This document shows positions 51,480-64,000 of a DNA stretch of 64,000 nucleotides, piece by piece (the stretch's first letter is position 1; each line of letters begins with the position of its first letter). The notes under the pieces are model-generated. The model worked only from the letters and a program-made list of their open reading frames with translations, did not search any database and had not been told where the DNA came from. The stretch comes from the human T2T-CHM13v2.0 reference genome, Homo sapiens. The stretch lies in assembly GCF_009914755.1 (NCBI RefSeq), contig NC_060934.1; one strand, written 5' to 3'. A program made the position numbers and the translations under genes.

Positions 51480-52600
51480 GGGCCAAAGTCAGAAGTAGAA
51501 GAGAGAATTTGCATCAGAGTGTTGTCTATGTGTGTGCTTAGCCTTATTTATAATTATGGAAAAGCAAATGGAAATGATAACAAGATTCCGTTCTATATTC
51601 ATTAGAGTTGCAAAAATGAAAGCATGTAACAATACAGCATATTGGCACTGGTAAGGGGAGGAATGAGCACTATCATCAGTGGCTGGTGGGACTGTCATGG
51701 CTTCAGTCATCCTGGAGGACAATTCAGCAGCATCAAATAGAGATGAAACACTTAGAAACTCCATTTATTTACGCCCGTTCTGGAGACATGCTTGCACATG
51801 AGCAAACAGGCACTTCAGAGAGAAGCACTGGAGCATCACTTGCAATCATGAAAGGCTGGCCATGGCCTCATAGTGGGTGCTGAGCACCTGCCCAGATCAG
51901 GACCCCTTCCCCTGGAATTGCCTTCAATAGCCTATAGGGAGCAACTTGCCCAGGTCTCATCTCGTCCCTGAGGACAATCTCCATCCGAGAATGGCATAGG
52001 GGGCATGAAGGCTTGGCTCTGGCTTCAATTTGGGGTGACTTTGAAGAGACAACCCCACTCCCCTTGGAATTGGCTGAGGTCCATGGCAGCTGCATCACTC
52101 TCAAACTTTCCTTCTCTCTGTGCAGTCCAAGGCCCTCCCCTTCTGACAAGTGCAGCTCCCTAGGGTGCCACCGGCATGCTTCCTGCAGCCAGTCCCATCT
52201 CTGTCTGTTTCACTGGAAACCCGAACTGTGACAGACCAAATATCCATCAGTCAGTGAAGAACTGACTAAAGAGTGATACATGGCTATGGTGACATAATGT
52301 AGAGCCATTAAAAATCATCCTAGTTGATGCACACCCACATGACTACATATCAAAAATATAGTGCTGAGCAAAACGAGCATGTTGCGGAGTGGCATGTGAT
52401 ATCTGGCACATACATAAAAACCCACAGAGCATCTGTGTTCCAAGGATATGCTTATATATAAGGAAGTAGTTCATAAAAGGACCAGAAAGACACACAGCAA
52501 ATGGCAGGAAGAAGAATGTCAAAAAGACATGTCACTTAATTGATAATGGTCTTTTTTTCTTCTGTGATTTTGTAAAATCCATACATGGAAAAAAGAATGG
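51480..52600 (+). mobile_element. Old L1M(E) 3' fragments
   Basis: Degenerate L1 3'-end blocks (gctggtgggactgt...tcctggaggacaatt; caaatatccatcag; gtagagccattaaaaat). Confidence 0.45.
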
Positions 52601-54204
52601 AAGTGAATGAGTTGGTGTTGAGAGTAGGTGGTTCTGGGTGACTTTGTCCCCCCATTGCACTGACATCTTCATGCCTGATGTCTCTTACTGACCTGTTAGC
52701 TCTTAGGAGAGTGTGTAGGCAGAAAGCTAGGGAAGAGAGGTCTCAAAGTCCATCTGCATTCCCAGTCTCCTGGTGTTCTGAACTTGAGCATTGACATTTC
52801 TCCTCGGTTGGTGGGGGGTGACATCCCTAGTACTAAGGGCATTTGGAGGTCTCAGCATCAGTAAAATGAAGCTGACCCTGGAAATGACTCTTGGAAGCAA
52901 CAGACTGTCCCCAGGCCAAACTGGACCGGGCACTCTGAGGCTCAGCAGTGGACACAAAATGAAGGGAGACCCAGCCCAAAAGACATGAAGCTGCAAACAT
53001 TTTTCAAATCCCCGACAATGCCCGAGGTGTGACCACCTCATGTGAGCCAGGTGGGCAGTGTGTGAGCACTCAGTACCCCCACATCACACTCAAATCCTGG
53101 AGGCCATGCTGCAGCCCAACCTCTGGCACCTTTTGTGGTCATCTATGTTAGTGCTGGACCATTCTTCTTCCCTTCTCTGGACAATGCTCCCACTAGGCAG
53201 TATTTGGGCCACCTCTTCCTCTGGCTCAGTGACCATCATCCTAGTTTGCCTGGCATGGTTCTGGTTAACGCCTGTTGTTCCTGTGTAACTAGTACTAGGG
53301 TACTGGACGATGTTATGCAGTATCCCCAGTCAGGAGCAGCTCAGGAGCCAATAGCAGAGGCCAACTGGAAACAGCAGGGTGGCTGTCAGGGCGCGGAGGG
53401 AGGGTTGGCCCTGCCTGTGTTCAAATCCTGACCAGGTCACATACTGGCTGCATGGTCACAGCCAGGAGACATGGATCACTGGGTCCTTGCTCATCATCCA
53501 CAAAGTGCCACATACACAAATGTTTCCCAGGTTCTCGGGAAGCCTGCACTTCTGTCCTTGCCTGCTTCTCTTTGTGTGTAATGCTCAGGAAAACATTTGA
53601 GCCACGGCGTTCTCTGTCACCTGAAACCTTCATTTGTTCCTCATTCTTTTTTTCCTTCCTCTCTTCATTGTCTTTCCCACACTCTCCTAGTGCCATTGGC
53701 CTTTCTAGTCATACCTGAGTTGGAAGTTGCCGCGCGCACACCCCCAGGCCCTCCGTCTGCCAGGCAGCCACAGCCTCCCGAAGACAAGCCAAGTGCCCGC
53801 GGCTCTCAGGGAAAAGATCCTAATGCCTGTTTATTGCTGGGGTTCAGACACACGCATACGTCTGATGGGCTTAGGGGAAACAGCAGGAAGAAACACAAAC
53901 AGAGAGGCCACGTCATGGAAGAACTTTCCTAAACGAGGATGGCACCCCACATTGCTGTGACTAAGAGTTCAGGCACAGTGAGAGGAGGAATGTATGCTTT
54001 AGAGAAACTCTAGTCATTCACACAATGTGTGTGTCTGCCATCAATGAGATGGTATTTTTTCCTGGAACCTACTTGGAGTTCTGAGAATTCAAGTGCTCCC
54101 TAAGCCTGGACTGTTCTCAGAACAGAGAGGCTTAATATGGGCATAAGAACGGAGTGCCTTGAGGAGCCAGCTTCCGGTCCAAGTGTCGTTTTTATCCTTG
54201 AGCT

Positions 54205-54480
54205 TCATGAGATGTCATTGACAAATAAAATTGCATATACTTACAGTATACGATGTGATGTTTGTGTATACACTGCAAAATGATTGAATCAAGCTAATTA
54301 ACATATCCATCACCCTACATGCTTTGTGGTGAAAATGTTTAAGATCTACTCTCTTATGATTTTCAAGTATACAGTACAGCATTATTAACCACAGTCACTA
54401 GGCTACACAGAAGATTTCTGGAATTTATGTATCCTTTGTACCCTTTGACCAACATTTTCCCATTTCCCTTTCCTGACTCC
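54205..54480 (-). mobile_element. L1MA 3' end fragment
   Basis: attgacaaataaaattg...caagctaattaacatatccatcacc...aagatctactctctt...gtaccctttgaccaacatt. Confidence 0.75.
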
Positions 54481-54593
54481 TCGCCCAGCACGTGATAATC
54501 CAGTTTATGTTTAGACTGACTGTGCTTCTGGAGAAATCTTTTAACCTCTCCGAGCCTCAGATTCTTCTCCTAAAAAACGGCAACCATACTACC

Positions 54594-54995
54594 TGTGATG
54601 ACTGATTTTATGTCAACTTGACTATCCGATGGTGCCAAACTGTTTGGTGCAGCACTAGTTGAGATGCTGCTGGGAAAGTATTTAGTGGATGTGATACACT
54701 TTTGCTACCAGTAGCCTGTACGTGAAGCAGATTATCCGCCATAATGTGGGTGGGTCTCATCTAATCAGTTCAAGGCCTGATGAGCAGTTTCCTGAGGAAG
54801 AAGCAATCAGCCTCAAGACTACAACAGAGAAACCCTGTCTGAGTTACCAGCCAGCTGCCTGCCCTGTCAAATTTGGTCTCAAGACTACAGCATCGACTCT
54901 TGCCTGAATTTGCAGTCTGCTGGGGCTTGCACAACAGATTTCAGACTTTCCAGCTCCCACAATCACATGAACCTATTATTTAAAATAAACATCTC
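54594..54995 (+). mobile_element. MLT2D-like ERV-L LTR inserted in a MIR
   Basis: tgtgatgactgattttatgtcaacttgact...taatgtgggtgggtctcatctaatcagtt...cagatttcagactttccagctcccacaatcacatga. Confidence 0.75.
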
Positions 54996-55109
54996 CATTT
55001 TACATCTCCCCATAAGACTCCTTAAAGCGGGGATGTAAAAGGGAGATGTTTATTTTAAAGAATAGGCTCATGATATCTCTGGATTGTAATGATTAAATGA
55101 GAACATGGT

Positions 55110-56370
55110 GTACAACTGCATTTCCATATGCAAAAGAATAAATTTGCTTCCTTACCTCATAGCATAATCAAAACTTAACTCAAAATGGATCAAGGACCTA
55201 AAAATAAGAGCTAAAACTCTTAGAAGAAAACATAGGGGTAAGTCTTTATGAGCCTGGCTTTGGAAAAAGATTCCTAGATATGACATCAAGAGCAATGAAG
55301 GCAAAATTAGATAAACTGGACTTCATCAAAATGAAAACATTTTGTGCTTCAAAGGACATCTTCAAGAAAGTGAAAGATTAATCCACAGAGTGAGAGAGAA
55401 TACTTGCTAATTACGTATATGATAGGGGACTTGAATCTAGCATATATAAAAAACTCTTACAACTCAATAATAAAATGATAAATAACCTAATTTTTAAAAT
55501 AAGCAAATCATCTAAATAGACATTTCTGCAAGGAAGATACACAAATGGCCAATAAGCACATGAAAAGATGCCCAACTTCATTAGTCATCAGGCAGTGCAG
55601 ATCAATGCTGTAATGAGATACCCCTTCACACCCACTGGGATGGCTATGATCAAAAAGTTGGATAATAATTGTTTTCAAGGTTGTGGAGAAATCAGAACTC
55701 ACACATTGCTGGTGGGAGTGCAAAATTATACAGTCTCTTTGGAAAACTGGCAGTTCCTCAAAAAGTTAAACATAGAGTTACCATATGACCCAACAATCCC
55801 ATGCCTAGGCATGTATCCAAGAGAAATGAAAATGTATGTTCACACAAAAACTTATACAGACATTTTTATAGCAGAATTATTCATAATAGCCAAAAGGTGG
55901 AAAAAAAACAAATTTGTATCAGTTAATGAATGAATAAACAAAATGTGGCATATGCATAGAATGGAATATTATTCAACCATAAAAAGGAGTGAACTTGAGT
56001 CCAGGAGGTGGAGACTGTAGTGAGCCATGGATGAACCTGCAACATTGATGAACCTTGAATACATTTTGCTAAATGAAATAAGCCAGTCACAAAAAGTCAC
56101 ATATTATACGATCCTATTCACGTGAAAAATTCCAGAACAGGAAAATCTATAGAAATCGAAAGTAGATGAGTAGTTTCTTAGAGCTGGGAGGCAGGGATGC
56201 AGGTGTGGATAGTGGGTAAGAGCTGAAGGTTACAGGGTTTTATTTTGAGGTGATGAAAATGTTCTAATATTATTGATTTTGGTAATGGTCATAAATTTCT
56301 GTGAATACTAAAAATCATTGAATTATATACTTTAAATGGGTGAATTGTATCTCAAGAAAATCATTTTAAA
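55110..56370 (+). mobile_element. L1MB 3' portion (ORF2 end plus 3' UTR)
   Basis: aactcaaaatggatcaaggacctaaa...aaactggacttcatcaaaat...catagagttaccatatgaccca...tactttaaatgggtgaattgtat. Confidence 0.85.
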
Positions 56371-58790
56371 AAAAAGATTAAACGAGACAATCTTCATGAC
56401 AGGGTACAAACAGAAGCGGTAAGTATTTTCCAAAGCCATTCTGCCTTTGTCCCAGCTACTTCTTCCCTTTTATGAGTCAAAGCATCTCCTCCAATTCCTC
56501 ACTGTTAGGCTGTCCTCAGATGACAGAATCCAGGCTTTTCTTCTCAGAGACAGATCCACCGGTGGGGAAACAGATGCCCCTGTAGACCAAGTCCTCTCTG
56601 CAGCAAGGCTCAGGACACACAAGCCCAGGTTTCCAAAGCACAGGACTGTCAGGGCAGCGCCCGGCACAGGGCTTCGTGGATGTGGTGCTCCACTGAGATA
56701 CCTACCTCAGCATCCCTGCTCAGCTTCTAGAAAGTACCTAGGGTGCTGATGAAGGAGGACACTCAGGGAGGAAGATGACTCCTGTGAGTGCCTGCTAGGG
56801 ACCTCCTTGCCTTAGACCACCCCGAGCCCCTGGACCAACATTCCCACTTCCTTGAATCAGTTCCACATCAGATACCTTAGGCAAGAGAGAGAGAAGGCTG
56901 CCTCCTGCTGCCTGGCCACACTTCGCACCCCCTGCTCCCTGCATACTCCGCCTTGCCCAGAAGTTGGTCCTCATGTTGAGCCCACATCCAGATGAGTGGA
57001 CCCAGCCTCGCTCCCTGGACTTTAAGCCAGCCCTGGGCCCTGAGCCCTCCCTGCTCTCAGGCCTCCCCGGTGAACCCTGCTTCCCAAACCCTGCAATGTC
57101 CTGCTGTCAGATTCCCAAGGCTGTGTTCCACTAACGACTCCCAAGCCCCCTGTGTCATCCCACCTAATGGCCTGGATTCCTGAAGGGCGCCCGGGCTGCT
57201 CTGCCTGTTGGGTTCAGGCTTCACCCCTGCATCTGTCAGTGCGGGGTCCATCTCCTCCGTCTCCTCTAGACTAATGCCCTGCAGTTACTGGAGACACAGC
57301 CTTGCCACAGCCACAGGGGTCCTAGTCCCTGCTGGAGCCTCTCTCCCCACCCCACCTCCTGCCACAAGTCCGTGCCTGGGATTACGACACAAACAGGAAC
57401 CAAAGCTCAGGGCAGTGTGTGTGGGATCCTCTCTCCCTTTAGCAGGTCCATGTCTCCTCAGCTCTGTGCTCTTGAGCAAGTTCTGTGCTCTCCCTGAGCC
57501 CCAGCTTTCTCATCCCCAAAGCAGAAGGAGCAGTGGCTTAGGAGAAATGGCCTGGGTGGGGAGTGATGAAGGCATCATCCATAAACACGGCACATGCCCT
57601 GCAGATTCAGACAGCAGGGACCCGACTCCGATCCTGGGTCGCTAGCCTTGTGGTCTTACCTTCCTGTTAAACAGTGTCATTCATGCATTCTCTCCAGATG
57701 CAAATTGCTTCCTCATTTCTTTGTGCAAATCAAGCCTTCCAAACAGCCTAAGGCCCCACCCTCCTGTGTTCAGTCTCTAGGATATCTCTGGCTGAAATGT
57801 ACTCTGTCTGAAAACTTGAACTTCTGTCCTCACTGCACAGAAAAGGTGTCGCGCAGGGAAGGGCAGGACAGCCATGTGCTTCCGAGGGGCTTCCATCCTG
57901 CAGAGAAGGGGCTTCTATCCTTCCACCCAACCACTGTGTGGGTGATGAGCCCCTGGCTGATGGGAACTTGGTCACTATTCTGAACCCATTACACACCTCA
58001 GAACTCATCCAGGTTCAAAGGCCCTAGGCTCTGCTGCCTGACACACAGCACCCCCTGGAGGCAGCAGTGGGTAATGCACCCTCATGATTCCAGCTCCTGC
58101 TGGAATCACTGACATCAGGCAAGTGATGTCATCTTTGAGGCTGTGAATTACTTTCTAATATAGATCATTAACAGCTGGAATAATCTATGTTCTGATACTT
58201 CAGTTATCGTTTTCCTCTGATGACACAAAACTGTGAAATGCTCAGTCGAAAAGTAGGAATAAGGTATAAGCCCAACCAGCCCTCCTTTCATGCTTAGCGC
58301 AATACTTCTCAGCCCCTCAAGTACTTGAAATAATATCAATTCCATACAAACTTTTCCCAGCAAATAGAAAGGGGGAGGAATAGGAAGAGAAAAAATTACT
58401 TTCCAACACTTTTATGAGGTAGACGTTACCTAGATACCAAAACCAAAAGAAAAGAAAACTTGAGAGCGATATTCCTTATAACCATGCAAAAGCCCTCAAC
58501 AGAATACCAGTACATTAAATCCAGGAACATATTCAAAGGCTAATACATCATGAACAAGTGAGATTTAACCCATAAATGAGTGGCTGGTTCGAGATTAGAA
58601 AACCAGTCAATATGATTAACTATGTTAACAAACTAAAGAAGAAAAAACATCATGTTAGTAGATGCATCTGACGATATTCAAAACTCATTCACGATTTTTA
58701 AAAAATTCTCAAATTACTAGGAATAGAAAAGAATTTTCAACTGATAAAGGGCATCTACCAAAAAAAAATCTACAGCTAACTTTATATTTA

Positions 58791-59192
<402 letters not shown>

Positions 59193-60460
59193 TTAAAGAA
59201 AAAAGTGCCATTTACAATAGCACCAAAAAAAAAAACCCCACAAAATACATGGGTATAAACCTAGCAAAATATTTGCATGATCTATATAGTGAAACCACAC
59301 AACACTGATAAATAAATCAAAGAAGGCCTAAATAAGTAAAGAGATATAACGTATTCATGGGTTGGAAGACTCAGTATTGTTAAGAGGTAAATTGTCTGCA
59401 AACTCATCTATGCATTCAATTCAATCCCAATCAATAATCTGATTGTAAAGTCAATGATTTGAATCAAAAATGTATATGGATAATCAAAGGAACTAGAATA
59501 GCCAAAATAATTTTGATAAACAATAACAAAGTTGGTAGACTCAGATTACATAATTTCAAGACATATTATAAACTGTAGTAAACAAGAGAGTGTGATGTGG
59601 GTAGAAAACAGACAAATAGATGAACGCAGTGGAATAGACTGTGTAGAAATAGGCCCACACAGATGCGATCAATTGCTTTTTTATCAAGATGCCAATACAA
59701 TTCGCTAGAACAAGGAAAGTCTTTTCAACAACTAGCGTGGGCTCAACTGGATATCTAATTAACTGAAAATACATCATAGACTCACGTGAAACCTAATACT
59801 GTAGAAATTCTAGAACAAAATACTAAAGGAAAGGTTTTGTGGCCTTGAGATCAGCAAAGATTTCTTAGCTGTGTCACTAAAAGCATGAATCGTAAAGGGA
59901 AAAAATGATAAATTTGGACTCATCAAAGAAAAACTTTCAATCTTCAAAAGACACAGTTGACAACATGAAAAGACAAGGCATGGACTAGAAGAAAATATTT
60001 GCAACACATATATCAGGCAAAAGTCTTACATCCAGAACATAAAAATAACTTTTACTTTATCAATAATAAGACAAACAACTGCCTCCCTTCCCCAACAAAT
60101 GAGCAAAAGATTTGAACATCGATTTCACCATAGAAGACATACAAGTGGCCAATGAATACATAATAAGATGCTCAACGCCATTAATTGTTAAGCAAATACA
60201 AATTAAAATCACAATGAGATGCCACAACATACCTATTTGAATGGCTAAAATTTAACTGTCTCTCCTTACCAATTGTTGCCACTAATGTGGAGGAACTGGT
60301 AGTCTCTTGCTGCTGGTAGAAATTTAAATTTTGGAAAACAGTTGAGTCATTTCTTAAAATGTTAAATATACATTCCTATCCTAGGTATTATATTACTCCA
60401 GCAAAAAGAAAGACACACATCCACACGAAGACTTGCACTCAAATATCCATATCAGCTTTC

Positions 60461-60821
<361 letters not shown>

Positions 60822-61469
60822 TAACAAATTGTGGTCCATCTGTGCAATGGAAGGCTACTCAGCAAACAAAATAAATGAACTATTGGTACACTCAACAATA
60901 TGGGTGAATCCCACAATCATTATGCTGGGCAAAAGAAAACAGATAAAAAAAGGGTATCATTTCTTTTATAGCAAATTCTAGAAGCTACAAGCTAATCTAT
61001 AGTGTTGGCAGCAAGTAAATCCATGTTTGTCTGGATATGGGAATGCAGAGGGGACTGGGGAGCAAAGGGGCACCAGGAAAACTTGAGGGCGACAGCAATA
61101 TATGTTGCCCAGGTGGCGGTGAGAATTTCGGGGGGGTATGCATGTGTCAAAACTGACTAAATGATACACTTCAAATAGGTTCATTATATGTTAATTATAC
61201 ATCAATTAAGTAGTGAAAAAAGGACGTACTTATTAGATAATTTAAAAGGTACTGAAAAAATACAATACAGGAAACAAACAAGTGTATATGCCCTTTGACT
61301 CAGCAAGCCCAAGTTTGGGAATTTATCCACAAACAAAAAAGCACCTTAGGCCCTTAAGAACGCGTTTTCAAAAACATTTATCGCAATATCGCTGAAACAA
61401 TATTGAAGTAAAAACAGAAAAAGCTTAAAATATGCCTCACAAAGGGTCAGTAAATCATCAAGAACTACT

Positions 61470-61800
61470 ACAGGATGAGTATCCATTATCTGAAAGTTTT
61501 GGAGAAAGAAGTGTTTTAGATTTCAGATTCTTTTTGGATTTTGGAATATCTGTATGTACATAATGAGATATCTTGGGAGTGGGACTCTAGTCTAAACACA
61601 GTATTTATGCCTCATGTATGCCTTATACGCATAGCCTAAAGGTAACTATATCAATATTTTAAATAATTTTTTGCATGAAACAAAGTTGGTGTTAAGTACT
61701 TATGTGTGAAATTTTTCACTTGTGGTGTTGTGTCGGTGCTCAAAAAGTTTCAGGTTTTGGAGCATTTCAGATTTCAGATTTTTAGATTAGGGATCCCCAG
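61470..61800. mobile_element. MER46C/Tigger4-family DNA transposon
   Basis: caggatgagtatccattatctgaaag...gaagtgttttagatttcagat...caaaaagtttcaggttttggagcatttcagatttcagatttttagattagggat. Confidence 0.75.
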
Positions 61801-62294
61801 ACTACATGTAGCCATTAAAAGGATGAGTTTAATGAGTATACTTCAACTGGGAAGGATGTTTGTGTTGTATGTTTAAGTGAGTAAAACAAAATGCAAATTA
61901 TCATCTATGCTAATAAACGGCTGACAATAGGATGGACAAATGGATGGGGTGCCCATAGATGTGTGGATGGATCTCTCCTATATGTGCACCTCCCTGCGTG
62001 TACACAGACACAGGTGACAATGGCTAGACATTCAATGCTGATTATTTGTTACTAAAGGAGGCTGGATTTTAAAAGCTTTGGAAAAGGTTTGTTTGCACAT
62101 TTCTACAAAAATGAGTATGTTTTACTCCTCTGATTTAAGAAAAAAGTAAAATGAAAATACATAAAATGAATAAAAAGTCAAGGTTCAATTTGCTTTGAAG
62201 TGCATTTAAAAATGTGTTGGTTTGCAGGGGAGAGGAGGCTTGCAGGGTAGAAGAGGCTAGTGAGGCGGAGCTGAGATGAGAAAGGGGTAATAAA

Positions 62295-62700
62295 ATGTCT
62301 GTGGTAGAATCTAGGGAGGCAGCCATTAAACTAAGGTGGCTCTAACGCCCTGATTTCCTACAAGAGCAAATTGAAATCTAACTCAGACTCATTTACTGTA
62401 AGCAGCTAATTTAAAAGAAACCGAAGCTTAAGTCCAGCCAACCACTGATGGCCAACTGGACATCAGTTGCATGGTCTCGAACTTTCCACTAGGATGTCCC
62501 AAATCATGCAAGGGCCGAAACGCTAAGCAACCAAAGCATCTGTAATATTTATTCCACTTCTGCCTTCACCCTGTGGAAGCCTCCCCTTGTGCTCCCTTGC
62601 AGAGCCCCAAACTGCCTCTTGTGGGGAGCTACCAGATTCATGAATCGCTATCTGCTCGGATAAGTTCTTTAAAATGTGAACATGTCAAAGCATTTCTTTA
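62295..62700. mobile_element. ERV1-class solo LTR (MER34/MER39-like)
   Basis: cagccaaccact...ccacttctgccttcaccct...agattcatgaatcgctatctgctc..taagttctttaaaat resembles this LTR group. Subfamily uncertain. Confidence 0.45.
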
Positions 62701-64000
62701 AATGATGGCATATAGATATTTGCTGTACCACTTGAACATTTCCATTATAAAACATCGAGGGGAAAACTAACATAAAACAATAGACAGACGAGGGCTTTGG
62801 CCACTGAAAAGACAACATCTGTGATGCAATAGGCAAGACGCTCCTTCCTGTACTGCCCAGCTCCGCTTGCTCCCTGACCATCCCTGCAGCAGCCCTGATG
62901 TGTCATTGTCCCCCTCTTAACCTGCGCTGCAGGTGCTGCAGGGCTGGGCTCTGGAGCCTGGGTCTGGTCATTTCTCCTTAGATATGTAGAGGCCCAGGAA
63001 AGGTTTGGAGCCTAAGAAGCCCTAGGACTCCAGGTCTCCAGGGCAGCCCCAGCCTCTTGGAATGACTTTCCCTAATACCACAGGGGTGTTCTAATCCCAG
63101 GCAGACCCAAGCTGCCCCTCACCAACTCCTACGTCCTCAACTTCCTTTCATAACTTCTAGGATGGAAACACCTAATCCTCCAGCAATACTGAGGCTTTTC
63201 TCCTTATTCTGTTTTCCCTTTTGAAGAAGCCAAGGCTCAGAGCAGTCGAGTCACCTAATCATGGTCTCATGTCGCCTGATCAAGGTCTCATGTCACCTTA
63301 TCAAGATCTCACCCACTCACCTATTCAGTTCTCACCAGTTCAGTTCAGGATGGCTTCTAAGCTACCCTGCACAGCTCTGCCCACAGGACATTTGTATAAG
63401 TGAGGGGGTGCAGGGCCTTCCAGCCCCCTCCAACTCCAAAACTCAGCCCCCAAGATCAAGTGGACTCTCTGAACCCACCCTGGCCCTACAGTTGTCAGGG
63501 TCTGGATGGGAAGATGTAGAGCTCTCGGCTTTCACTCTGGGGACTTACCCAGAACATATTCTCCTCATGAGCTAAGGAGGCTGGCTGCCATCTTCCTACA
63601 TCCCCCCACGGCCTGGGGGCAAGGACACCCTGGCCCCCTGGAGTCTGGAGAACTCTGAGGACAGAACTTGCTCTTCCACCTGCTTGGGCCTTACCCACAG
63701 GAGAAGCACTGCTTCTCTACCCATGCCCCATCCAACTCAGGCACCCCAGGGACTTGCAACAGTCTGATTTTTTCTCACGTCCTTCTTAAGGCTCTGGGCT
63801 AGCCACACAAATCAAATCCCAGTGATAGGTCCAGACAATCCTATCCTGAAACTACATCTTAGTAAGACTCCAGGGAATCCTTTCCCCAAAGACAGTCTTA
63901 CTCCTGTTCTCCCCCAAGCCCTTTCTGGGCCAGAAGCTTTGCCTGGACTCAAGCAATGGCAGACAAGTGCCCTCTGAGGACACGGAAGTGCATGCTCAGA

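Noticed and set aside
55568-55933. 121-aa ORF resembling the L1 ORF2 C-terminus
   Set aside because: Fragment of a decayed L1MB, not a gene.

Overview
Human genomic DNA, recognisable from the encoded proteins as the GDF10 (BMP3B) - GDF2 (BMP9) locus. From known gene order this is 10q11.22, with RBP3 expected just beyond the right edge. Two intact + strand TGF-beta/BMP-family genes are present. GDF10 has 3 coding exons (17748-18066, 26892-27817, 29697-29888; 478 aa). GDF2 has 2 coding exons (40079-40424, 42251-43194; 429 aa). Both have GT-AG junctions in consistent phase and AATAAA signals. The rest is repeat-rich intergenic and intronic DNA: a two-LTR fossil ERV-L provirus (about 5985-12790, minus strand) invaded by MST and LTR12 solo LTRs, a very young AluYa5/Ya4-type insertion upstream of GDF2, and older Alu, L1, L2, MIR, MLT and MER elements. 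I found no new protein-coding system; nearly all ORF-track entries are chance or repeat-derived. The most unusual element is a 1.8-kb minisatellite starting about 200 nt past the GDF2 poly(A) signal. Almost every unit carries both a 5' splice-donor consensus (G|GTGAGT) and a palindromic TGCACAC motif (MTF1 MRE core / ZSCAN4-type site). Other leads are a 107-nt fold-back hairpin at an MLT2 end and a candidate amidated peptide in the GDF10 prodomain. These leads are hypotheses. Repeat subfamily names and boundaries were assigned by eye and are approximate.
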